From Sphingobacteriaceae bacterium (lineage in GTDB: Bacteria; Bacteroidota; Bacteroidia; Sphingobacteriales; Sphingobacteriaceae), in NCBI GenBank assembly GCA_036405495.1, contig DASWXL010000034.1, positions 1-50,861 of the forward strand: a stretch of 50,861 bases of DNA, given 5' to 3'. The number at the start of each line of letters is the position of its first letter. The first letter of the stretch is position 1. The position numbers were made by a program, and so were the translations under genes. The notes under the pieces were generated by a model. The model made no database searches. It saw only the letters and a program-made list of their open reading frames with translations, and was not told the DNA's origin. Below are positions 27,783 through 36,145 of the stretch, in pieces.

Positions 27783-28763
27783 ATGGATCTGAAGCAAAAT
27801 AAAAGAGCCACTATAGTAGGTGTATTTATTTTCCTTGCTATACTCATTTTCCTGGCCGGTATCTTTGTAGTAGGCGGACAGGGTAGTCTCCTGGCGAAAA
27901 AGACGGAAATAAAAGCAGTTTTCAGCGATATTAAGGGCTTGAAGAATGGCAATAATATCTGGTTTTCCGGGGTAAAAATCGGAACTATTACAGATATCGC
28001 ATTCAATGCCGACGGAACTGTGATGGTAACGATGGGTATTGATGAGGATGCCGCGCAATACATCCACAAAAATTCTAAGGCGAAGGTCAGCACCGACGGT
28101 CTTGTTGGTAACAAGATCATTGTTCTGGACGGAGGCACGCCGGATTCGCCTCAGGTAACGGGTGGCGAAACCTTAGGTGCAGCTTCTGAAGTAGATACCG
28201 AACAAATGATGGCTACCCTTCAGAAAAATAATGAGAATCTGGTAACGATCACTTCCAATATCAAAACACTTACTGAACAGATCGTTCAGGGAAAAGGGAC
28301 AGCAGGCAAGCTTTTATTCGACGAAACACTTATCAATAACCTGAATGCCACTCTCGCTACTGTGAATCAAACTGCAGTAAATGCCAGCACAATAACAGGC
28401 CAGCTTGCCGACTACACTTCAAAGCTGGATAATAAAGGAACTATTACTCATGAACTGGTCACCGATACCGCACTCTTCTCAAGCTTAAAGAGATCTGTGA
28501 AACAGATGGAACACGCTTCATCTTCAATAACCACGGTGGCTAGGAACTTTGAGGCCGTGTCTGAAAGCTTAAAGACCGAATCCTCCCCTGCCGGAGTACT
28601 CTTGAACGATAAAGCTGCGGCCGAAGATCTGAAATCGATCCTCGACAACCTGAATAAGAGCTCTCAGAAGATGGACGAAACGCTTAAAGCCGCCCAGCAG
28701 AGTATCTTTTTACGGGGGTATTTCAAAAGAAAGGCAAAAGAAAACGAGGCAATGAACAATTAA
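27783..28763 (+). CDS. mlaD: MlaD-type MCE-domain protein with a long C-terminal helical extension
   Basis: N-terminal TM anchor and an MCE core (IKGLKNGNNIWFSGVKIGTITDI...). This is followed by ~180 aa of low-complexity, helix-prone sequence. Confidence 0.8.
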   Translation: MDLKQNKRATIVGVFIFLAILIFLAGIFVVGGQGSLLAKKTEIKAVFSDIKGLKNGNNIWFSGVKIGTITDIAFNADGTVMVTMGIDEDAAQYIHKNSKAKVSTDGLVGNKIIVLDGGTPDSPQVTGGETLGAASEVDTEQMMATLQKNNENLVTITSNIKTLTEQIVQGKGTAGKLLFDETLINNLNATLATVNQTAVNASTITGQLADYTSKLDNKGTITHELVTDTALFSSLKRSVKQMEHASSSITTVARNFEAVSESLKTESSPAGVLLNDKAAAEDLKSILDNLNKSSQKMDETLKAAQQSIFLRGYFKRKAKENEAMNN

Positions 28764-28780
28764 CACCGGTCACTACAGGT

Positions 28781-29899
28781 TCACAGCACTTCAGCGACTG
28801 CCTGAATTTCGGCTTCTGTGCCTGAAGGCGATAGATGTAGAGGTAGCTTCAGTCGCACGCTGAAGCTATCTTTATTTTCGGCGATAGTCAATTCATACCT
28901 GCCCGGATACAATAGCTGAAGCCGCTTTTTTACATTAGTTAGCCCTATTCCGTTTTCCGCATTCTGCTTCTGCGGGACGTCAGGCCTGCTGTTGTTCAGG
29001 CTGAATAACAGCAGGTCGTCATCGACAGATATAAACAGATCGATCCATGGGTCCTGCAGCATTTTGCTGCTACCATGTTTAAAGCTGTTCTCAACAAACG
29101 GGATCAGTATTAAGGGGGCAATGAGTTTATTATCGCACTCGCCCACTATATCGACCTTTAATTTCAGATTTCCGTAACGGATCTTTTCCAGATCAATATA
29201 ATCACGCAATACTTTCAGTTCCTTCGCGAGCGGCACAAGCGGATATTCACATTCGTCAGTCATGTATCTCAACATATCCGAAAGTTTCGTCACAAGCCCT
29301 GACGCTTCAGGTGATCCGCTTAAAGTAAAGGAATAGATATTGTTAAGGGTATTGAACAGGAAGTGCGGGTGAACCTGTGCCTTCAGAAACTGTAGTTCAG
29401 CGTTCGCATTTTCTTTAACCAATACCACCTTCTCTTCCATCTTTTTGAAATATGACCTGATCATTTTGCCGGCAAGAAATAAGCCACAGACGACCGGAGG
29501 ACCCAGGAACAGAAAATTCATGGTATGGATCCACATTGCATAGACCAGCGTCGACTTCTTAAAGATCTCCGTGCTTGTGTGCATAATATAGGCCGTGCCC
29601 GCATATGAGACCATGGTTGATCCGATTACGAACACCGTAAATAGAAGATATGCTTTACGGTAAAGGAATTTAGGGATCAGGAAATAAACAACAATATAGT
29701 TATACGCCATACACGTTAGCAGAACAAAGAACCTCGACCGGAACCGGGGCAGCATATCGCTGAACTGATAACTTTCACGGGTCAGAAAGCCCATCCAGAC
29801 GCTCAGCAGAAAAAAAGCATATATTACCACCCAGAATGCTATGTGGCGATAGTACCTGGCAGACGACGTTCCCGACCAAAAAAAATCATGCCGGTTCAT
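28781..29899 (-). CDS. LytS/YehU-type sensor histidine kinase (His_kinase + HATPase_c)
   Basis: N-terminal TM bundle, H-box LKAQVHPHFLFNTLNNI, N-box FVENSFKHG and G-box GIGLTNVKKRL. Confidence 0.85.
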   Translation of the reverse strand: MNRHDFFWSGTSSARYYRHIAFWVVIYAFFLLSVWMGFLTRESYQFSDMLPRFRSRFFVLLTCMAYNYIVVYFLIPKFLYRKAYLLFTVFVIGSTMVSYAGTAYIMHTSTEIFKKSTLVYAMWIHTMNFLFLGPPVVCGLFLAGKMIRSYFKKMEEKVVLVKENANAELQFLKAQVHPHFLFNTLNNIYSFTLSGSPEASGLVTKLSDMLRYMTDECEYPLVPLAKELKVLRDYIDLEKIRYGNLKLKVDIVGECDNKLIAPLILIPFVENSFKHGSSKMLQDPWIDLFISVDDDLLLFSLNNSRPDVPQKQNAENGIGLTNVKKRLQLLYPGRYELTIAENKDSFSVRLKLPLHLSPSGTEAEIQAVAEVL

Positions 29900-31019
29900 G
29901 TGCCTTACGTTTTAAATCCCGCCTGTTCGGCTGAATACTATCATTTAATCTGAGTTGCAGATGTACCGAAATGTCGCCGTCGCCGGTCTTACTTGTAATT
30001 CGGTAACTAGCCGGCGAATATGCGGCCGCCATTCTTACCTGACAACGTTCAAAGATCTTTGCAGCGATACTTTCTGTCATGGAGTGCTCAGGCATACGAA
30101 GACTGATATTGAGCCTGAGCCATACGTTGCGGGTGCTGACATGTGTAGTCAGAACGCCGGATACCGGACCCGTATCGGACATTGCTCTTATACTATCGTC
30201 GATCATAGATAGCGTGACCATTGGAACAATGTATTTCCTGTTTCGATCTAAAGAGACGTGTACGCTAAGGTATTCACCATTTTCATTTTTTCGTTGTTCA
30301 AGGAAAATGAAGTCCTGCAAGGCAGCTAGCTCCTGCTCCACCGGTACCAGTTTATCTTTACCGGCGTAAAGGGTATAGCTCAGCAGATCAGACAGCCGGA
30401 GAACCATCTCGGATGCATCACCTGAAGCCGCATGGATCCTCGCATGGATGCTGTTTAACGTCCGGAAAAGAAATTGAGGATGGATACGGCTCTTTTGTAG
30501 CTGAAGGTCTGTCCGTGCTTTTTTCTTAGCAATTGACAGATTTTCCTTTTGCTGCTGTTGCAGGTTTTTAGTTGACTTGATGCCGAGGGCTATTCCGCTG
30601 ATGATAATTGCAGCTACCGAATTGATATAACCCAGGTTTAACAGCCCCATAAAGGTGGTATTGGCCTCGGGGTCGGATACCAAAACATAGTACAGCCGGC
30701 TGAAGAGATAGTTGACCGGAATGGTGATCAGAAAAAGAAGAACATAAGAAAGTGCAAATGCCATATATCGTTTCCTTTGCAAAAACGCCGGCAGCAGTAC
30801 ATAGATCGAAATATAAACCGAAAGTACACATGCCGGAATGAAGCATGCGAAATTCATCAGGGCATCGCGGTATACCCGTGCGTTTAACAGCTGATCAAGG
30901 CTGTCGGGATACCAGATACTCTGCGGAAAGAAATAAAGCGTATAAACAGCCCAAAACACAAAATGACGGGTAAGCCTGTGACTCCGCTCCTTTGAAAATA
31001 TGAAATCGTTAGTGGTCAT
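29886..31019 (-). CDS. LytS-type histidine kinase paralog with a degenerate ATP-binding domain (probable pseudokinase)
   Basis: Same topology as the neighbour, with an H-box-like QKSRIHPQFLFRTLNSIH. The N-box position reads MIDDSIRAM and there is no GxGL G-box. A 14-nt overlap with the downstream kinase gene is present. Confidence 0.7.
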   Translation of the reverse strand: MTTNDFIFSKERSHRLTRHFVFWAVYTLYFFPQSIWYPDSLDQLLNARVYRDALMNFACFIPACVLSVYISIYVLLPAFLQRKRYMAFALSYVLLFLITIPVNYLFSRLYYVLVSDPEANTTFMGLLNLGYINSVAAIIISGIALGIKSTKNLQQQQKENLSIAKKKARTDLQLQKSRIHPQFLFRTLNSIHARIHAASGDASEMVLRLSDLLSYTLYAGKDKLVPVEQELAALQDFIFLEQRKNENGEYLSVHVSLDRNRKYIVPMVTLSMIDDSIRAMSDTGPVSGVLTTHVSTRNVWLRLNISLRMPEHSMTESIAAKIFERCQVRMAAAYSPASYRITSKTGDGDISVHLQLRLNDSIQPNRRDLKRKAHEPA

Positions 31020-31031
31020 ATCTGTTACCGT

Positions 31032-31760
31032 TCACTTCAATACCGATTTAAGAGCTTTGCTCACTTCGTGATGATACATTCGGCCGATCGGCAGCTCTTT
31101 TGTACCTATCTGGATGTCATCAGCTGTAAATGACTCGATCTTTTTGATGGCGACAAGGTATGACCGGTGTATACGAAGAAACTGATCTGCCGGAAGCATA
31201 TCCTCCAGCACAGAAATAGCTTGTTTGGTGACGATCTGGCGGGTGCTGGTGATCACCTTAATATAATCCTTCAAACTTTCGACATACAGGATATCATCCA
31301 GAAATACCTTTACCATCTTCCGGTCGGTACGGAAATAAATAAAGGTATCAGCCGACTGCCTGGGATGGGTATCCGCCGGCGGCTGCGCCTGCAGATTAGC
31401 CTGTAATACTTTATTGACCGCTTTCAGAAAACGCTCGAACGAGATCGGTTTGAGGAGATAGTCAACAGCATCCAATTCAAACCCCTCCAGTGCAAACTCA
31501 CGATAAGCGGTTGTAAAAATGATCTTCGGTGGACTTATCAGCGTACGAACGAAATCGGTGCCGAGGAGTTGCGGCATTTGTATATCCAAAAATATCAGAT
31601 CGACAGACCTATGCTTTAACAAACTAAGCGCATCTACAGCATTCTCACAGAAGTCGGTCAGCTCCAGCGCAGAGACCGTGTTGATGTATGTTTTCAGTAC
31701 CTCGATAGCCGGGGGTTCATCATCCACGATCAGACATCTTACTCTTTGATCGGCAGCCAT
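31032..31760 (-). CDS. LytTR-family response regulator (REC + LytTR DNA-binding domain)
   Basis: REC motifs LIVDDEP and DLIFLDIQMP. The LytTR block is FLRIHRSYLVAIKKI. Confidence 0.9.
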   Translation of the reverse strand: MAADQRVRCLIVDDEPPAIEVLKTYINTVSALELTDFCENAVDALSLLKHRSVDLIFLDIQMPQLLGTDFVRTLISPPKIIFTTAYREFALEGFELDAVDYLLKPISFERFLKAVNKVLQANLQAQPPADTHPRQSADTFIYFRTDRKMVKVFLDDILYVESLKDYIKVITSTRQIVTKQAISVLEDMLPADQFLRIHRSYLVAIKKIESFTADDIQIGTKELPIGRMYHHEVSKALKSVLK

Positions 31761-32025
31761 GGCAGGTGTTTTTAAAACAGCTCCTGTAAAATTACGGAAC
31801 AGACATCAAATCATTCATTAATAACACATTAAATAGACGAATGGTGATTATTGGTGGACGAATTACATTTTGTATCGACCAGGCGCATTAGGTGGACAAA
31901 GCAGGTAAAGTAGTTGCTGGAACCGGCCATCAGGCTAAATTGGGATCCGGGATATATGGGATGGATTACTTTTACCATTGCATTAGAACAGCAATCAATG
32001 GTATCACTCCTAAAATCTGTCAATT

Positions 32026-32637
32026 ATGAAAACATTATTCAAATCCACCCGCCTCAATGAACTGGTATCACGCAGTTCCCAATTCAGTTTTAAAGCAGCA
32101 TTCGCACTCGTATGGTCATTCCTGCTATCGGTCGTATTTATGGGCAGTGTTAATGCACAGCAGTCAGGCTCGCTGCCCGAAGTCACCATTATCGGTACTA
32201 CCACCGATGTAAATGAAAAAGTTTTAAACGTATTTGAGCGCTCTTTCAGGGAAGCGGAAAATCCAAGATGGTTTAAGCTTGGCCGAAAATACATGGTAAA
32301 ATACAACGTAGAGGACATGCTCCACAAAGCATTATTCCGCAACAAAGGCGGATTTATTTATGACATGGGCTATGGAACTGAAAAACATCTCCCAGGTAAC
32401 TTGCAAACACAGGTCAAAGGAAATTACAAGGACTTCGCGATAACTACAGCCGTAAACGTTCGTCAAAGCGACCGCAACCTGTGGAAGATAAATATCGAAG
32501 ATGATCAAAATATCGTCTTGCTTCATGCTGAGGATGGCCTTCTCATTGAAGAAGACCGGATCGAAAAGGCCTCCGGAGCCACTGCTGAATACACCATGAC
32601 GCAATCGCTGAACCGCCTTCTTTCTGACATGCGCTAG
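32026..32637 (+). CDS. Hypothetical secreted protein
   Basis: N-terminal signal-like hydrophobic segment (AAFALVWSFLLSVVFMGSVNA). Clean ORF followed by a terminator. No confident family assignment. Confidence 0.5.
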   Translation: MKTLFKSTRLNELVSRSSQFSFKAAFALVWSFLLSVVFMGSVNAQQSGSLPEVTIIGTTTDVNEKVLNVFERSFREAENPRWFKLGRKYMVKYNVEDMLHKALFRNKGGFIYDMGYGTEKHLPGNLQTQVKGNYKDFAITTAVNVRQSDRNLWKINIEDDQNIVLLHAEDGLLIEEDRIEKASGATAEYTMTQSLNRLLSDMR

Positions 32638-32659
32638 TTACAAACATGATACTGTGAAT

Positions 32660-32691
32660 AAAACAGCAGCCCTGCTGCTGTTTTATTTTTT
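32660..32691. terminator. Bidirectional intrinsic terminator between convergent genes
   Basis: AAAACAGCAGC-CCT-GCTGCTGTTTT hairpin followed by TATTTTTT on the plus strand. A T-run is also present on the minus strand. Confidence 0.65.
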
Positions 32692-32697
32692 GCCGGT

Positions 32698-33003
32698 TTA
32701 CATCCGTTCTATCTCTGATGCAAGCTTAAAGTCCTTTTCAGTAATTCCTCCGGCATTATGTGTGCTTAACTGAATATGTAATTTATTATAGCCATTGGTC
32801 CAATCCGGATGGTGGTTCATTTTTTCGGCGACTAAGGCAACCCTTGCCATGAAACCGAATGCTTCGCTGAAATCTTTGAAAACAAAGTCTTTTTCAATGG
32901 CTGCACCATTAAAAGTCCATGAGTTCAGTTCGCCCAGCCTGGTATCGATTTCTTCTTGTGTAAGCTTTTCCATTTCGTGAATAACATAATCAGTAAACAA
33001 CAT
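32698..33003 (-). CDS. Pterin-4-alpha-carbinolamine dehydratase
   Basis: 101 aa with F.DF..AF.F...VA..AE..NHHPDW...YN...I.L.TH.AGGIT.KD, characteristic of the PCD/DCoH family. Confidence 0.85.
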   Translation of the reverse strand: MLFTDYVIHEMEKLTQEEIDTRLGELNSWTFNGAAIEKDFVFKDFSEAFGFMARVALVAEKMNHHPDWTNGYNKLHIQLSTHNAGGITEKDFKLASEIERM

Positions 33004-33047
33004 CTTGTCAGATTTGCTTCACCAACAGACCGCTTCATTTTATTTAT

Positions 33048-33650
33048 TCATCGTTGTCCGGCTTTTATGCTTTGCTCTGGTTTCTTGTTCCAGGCAAAGT
33101 CCACGAGGGTCATAGAACCTGGCTGTTCTTTATTGTACTTCAGCCGTACCCATCCGAAATGATATTTACCGTTTATTAGCAACCGTACAGCCAGCATCTT
33201 CTGGCTTTCATCATGCCAGTGGCCTTCATAGGCAACCGAATGTTCACCGCTATGACGGATAACCAACATTCCGCTTTCGGAACTCCACGATGTACCGGCT
33301 TGTGTTTGCATTTCGATAACACTTCCAGCATCTTGCGCCTGCACTTTCAAGCAATTTAGAAACGGATATTCAAGTCCTGACATCATTCTTGCCTGGTTCT
33401 GGCCAATGGTGCTTATCCCGAAATACAAATGATCGGCTCCTCCATAAGCCACAATCTGCGACCAAAAGGTAAAGTCGACTTTCCCGTCATTATTCATATC
33501 TGCAATAATGGGATTCGGATCCCAATATCTTACCGACTGATTCACCTGCTTGTAGACAACTCCGATGGACGGCTCTTCCTTTTTATCTTTCTTGCATGTC
33601 CAAAGGCTCATGCCAACTAAACATGTAAACAAAATATGTTTCGATCTCAT
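33048..33650 (-). CDS. Hypothetical lipoprotein
   Basis: Signal peptide with a Cys (LWTC). There is one DMNNDGKVDF calcium-binding/FG-GAP-like motif. No confident family. Confidence 0.5.
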   Translation of the reverse strand: MRSKHILFTCLVGMSLWTCKKDKKEEPSIGVVYKQVNQSVRYWDPNPIIADMNNDGKVDFTFWSQIVAYGGADHLYFGISTIGQNQARMMSGLEYPFLNCLKVQAQDAGSVIEMQTQAGTSWSSESGMLVIRHSGEHSVAYEGHWHDESQKMLAVRLLINGKYHFGWVRLKYNKEQPGSMTLVDFAWNKKPEQSIKAGQR

Positions 33651-33750
33651 TCTAGAACTTTGAAAACTAGACGTCTAAAAAAATAATTTGCTACAAGAAG
33701 ACCAACAATATTTTAAACCAATACCCAAAACCATCGCTTTATTAGTTTGA

Positions 33751-34491
33751 ATGAATAGCGTTACGATCAGAGTAATCGGATGTGGGGATGCCTTTGGAAG
33801 TGGCGGCCGATTGAATACCTGCTTTCATGTGAGCACCAAAGGATTTCAGTTTCTGATCGACTGCGGTGCAACATCCCTGGTCGGTTTAAAGGCCAACGGA
33901 ATAGTCCTTCAGGATATCGACCTGATCACAATAACTCATTTTCATGGTGACCACTATGGAGGACTCCCGTTTTTTCTGCTCCAGTCGGCCGTGTATGGGC
34001 GAAAGAAGCCACTCTATATTATCAGTCCGCCAGGCTGCAAAGAACGTGTCACTCAACTCCTCGAGCTGCTTTATCCAGGTACGGCTGTTCTGCAAAAGCT
34101 CCAGGTGGATTTTATTGAATACCAGGCATACCACACCATCGAGACACACTTCCTTACGCTGAAGGCTTTGCCGGTTATCCATACAGAGGCGGCCCTTCCC
34201 CACGGACTGAGGATCTCCGTTGGAAACAAAGTCATCAGCTATTCCGGCGATACCGAATGGACAGAGGAACTTGTCGAGCTATCCAGAGACGCGGATCTGT
34301 TTATCTGTGAGTGTAACTTCTTTACCTCTAATATCAGGGGACATCTTAATTATCACACGCTTCGTCAAAACCTTTCCAGGCTTAACTTCAGGCATATTCT
34401 GCTCACGCATTTCGACAATGAGATGCTGGATAAGCTGAATCTGATCGATCTGGATTATGCAACAGACGGACGGCTGATCGTTGTTGATTAG
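33751..34491 (+). CDS. MBL-fold metallo-hydrolase (RNase Z/PhnP-like subgroup)
   Basis: ITHFHGDHYGG (HxHxDH), plus later His/Asp blocks (SGDTEW, THF). Confidence 0.8.
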   Translation: MNSVTIRVIGCGDAFGSGGRLNTCFHVSTKGFQFLIDCGATSLVGLKANGIVLQDIDLITITHFHGDHYGGLPFFLLQSAVYGRKKPLYIISPPGCKERVTQLLELLYPGTAVLQKLQVDFIEYQAYHTIETHFLTLKALPVIHTEAALPHGLRISVGNKVISYSGDTEWTEELVELSRDADLFICECNFFTSNIRGHLNYHTLRQNLSRLNFRHILLTHFDNEMLDKLNLIDLDYATDGRLIVVD

Positions 34492-34565
34492 TTTAAAAAA
34501 TTCCGAGGTTTAAACCACAAAGAGCTGACGGTGTTTTATATGGTGGATCAATAAATTCTAATCCT

Positions 34566-34862
34566 ATGTTTATCGTTCGTGATATTTTTCATTTGAAGTT
34601 CGGGCACTACAAAGACGCCAAAACGCTGCTCGATGAAGCAAATCAAAATGGTATGCTACCAGAAGCCCAGTCTTCCCGAATTCTTACCGACTTTACCGGT
34701 GATGCGTATCGCTTAATTTTTGAGGAGAGCCATACTTCCCTGGCTGAATATGAAAAGTCGCTAACGGAAAGTATGCAAAAAGACGAATGGAAAACATGGT
34801 ATGCCCGGTTTAAACAACATGTAGACCGGTCACATCGCGAAATACTCAAGCAGGTGATGTAA
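34566..34862 (+). CDS. Hypothetical small protein
   Basis: 98-aa ORF with good coding appearance. No recognised motif. Confidence 0.45.
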   Translation: MFIVRDIFHLKFGHYKDAKTLLDEANQNGMLPEAQSSRILTDFTGDAYRLIFEESHTSLAEYEKSLTESMQKDEWKTWYARFKQHVDRSHREILKQVM

Positions 34863-34923
34863 GGAACAACCATTTAAACATTTCTTCTTTGTTCTATATC
34901 TCATATTCTTTTAGCTTCGGGAA

Positions 34924-35736
34924 ATGAAACTAATCTCGTTCCTGTTCGTCGTTCTCCTGAGCATTACGTCAGCTTTCGCAGCAAAAGTTGATACCGTCGA
35001 AACCTTTAGCCCTGCCATGAATAAAAAGATCAGGGCGGTGGTTATTACTCCGGATTCTTATACAAGAGCTAAAGAGTTTCCGGTAGTTTACCTGCTTCAC
35101 GGATACAGCGGCAACTATGCGTCCTGGATCAACGGTGCGCAAAATATTGCCACTGCAGCGGATCAACATAACGTGATAGTTGTGCTTCCTGACGGAGGCT
35201 TCAGCAGCTGGTACTTTGACAGTACAAGGGATCCGCAAATGAAATACGAGACCTACGTAGCTACAGAACTGGTGAACTGGATCGACAGGAATTATAAGAC
35301 CATCAGAAAACCCTCCGGCCGCGCCATAACGGGTTTAAGTATGGGCGGTCATGGTGCCCTGTATCTCGCAATCAGACATCAGCACGTATTCGGAGCGGCA
35401 GGAAGTATGAGCGGCGGTGTTGATATCCGCCCGTTTCCTCAGAGATGGGATATCTCAAAACGATTGGGAACCTATGCCGAAGAACCTGAAAACTGGGAAA
35501 AGAATACCGTGATCAATATGCTCCATCTGCTAACGCCCGGTGCACTGGCTTTGATCATCGATTGCGGAACCGGTGACTTTTTTTACACGGTCAACAAAAA
35601 TCTTCACGAGAAAATGGTCGAAAGGAATATTCCCCATGATTTTATATCTCGTCCGGGCGTCCATGATATGAAGTATTGGAAAAACGCGGTAGACTATCAG
35701 TTGCTGTACTTTGCTAAATTTTTCGATAAGAAATAA
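34924..35736 (+). CDS. Secreted esterase (esterase D/putative esterase family, alpha/beta hydrolase)
   Basis: Signal peptide, VVYLLHG, nucleophile elbow GLSMGGHGA and a C-terminal H in RPGVHD. Confidence 0.8.
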   Translation: MKLISFLFVVLLSITSAFAAKVDTVETFSPAMNKKIRAVVITPDSYTRAKEFPVVYLLHGYSGNYASWINGAQNIATAADQHNVIVVLPDGGFSSWYFDSTRDPQMKYETYVATELVNWIDRNYKTIRKPSGRAITGLSMGGHGALYLAIRHQHVFGAAGSMSGGVDIRPFPQRWDISKRLGTYAEEPENWEKNTVINMLHLLTPGALALIIDCGTGDFFYTVNKNLHEKMVERNIPHDFISRPGVHDMKYWKNAVDYQLLYFAKFFDKK

Positions 35737-36040
35737 GCAGCTGCTGCTCGGTAAGCTCTTCTGTACCCAATACTTCTCTATTATCCGGATCAATGTATAC
35801 CGTTATGGTCTTCTCACGACTGTTTTCATTAACGGTAAAGACAACCGCTACGACAAACCGGCCATGATAGGTTTCGTCTTTCACTAATGATGTTTTCCAG
35901 TCTGAGGTGATCGATGCTTTTTCGATGTCATCCAGGGCGCTCCATGCTATTTCGCGATACTCCATGGCCAGCGCCGGATCTTTCTTGCAGCCGGATATAA
36001 AAGCTAAAAAAGTAACAACAACGATCAGCAATTTCTTCAT
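35714..36040 (-). CDS. Hypothetical lipoprotein
   Basis: Lipobox FISGC after MKKLLIVVVTFLA. 108 aa, with a 23-nt convergent overlap with the esterase gene. Confidence 0.5.
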   Translation of the reverse strand: MKKLLIVVVTFLAFISGCKKDPALAMEYREIAWSALDDIEKASITSDWKTSLVKDETYHGRFVVAVVFTVNENSREKTITVYIDPDNREVLGTEELTEQQLLISYRKI

Positions 36041-36145
36041 AACAGCGTTTTAACACTAAGACGTCCGAAAAGAAAAAATGCTACATGTAAAGAAAAATAA
36101 AATTAACTGAAGCCTTAATGCGCCTAGTGATTAAATTAGTCGGCC

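Noticed and set aside
31853-31897. Direct repeat ATTA(TT)GGTGGAC ... ATTAGGTGGAC in the spacer upstream of the LytTR operon, as a possible LytTR binding site
   Set aside because: A 7-11-nt repeat within a 265-nt spacer is expected by chance on the order of once. The 38-nt spacing does not match the ~21-nt spacing typical of LytTR sites.
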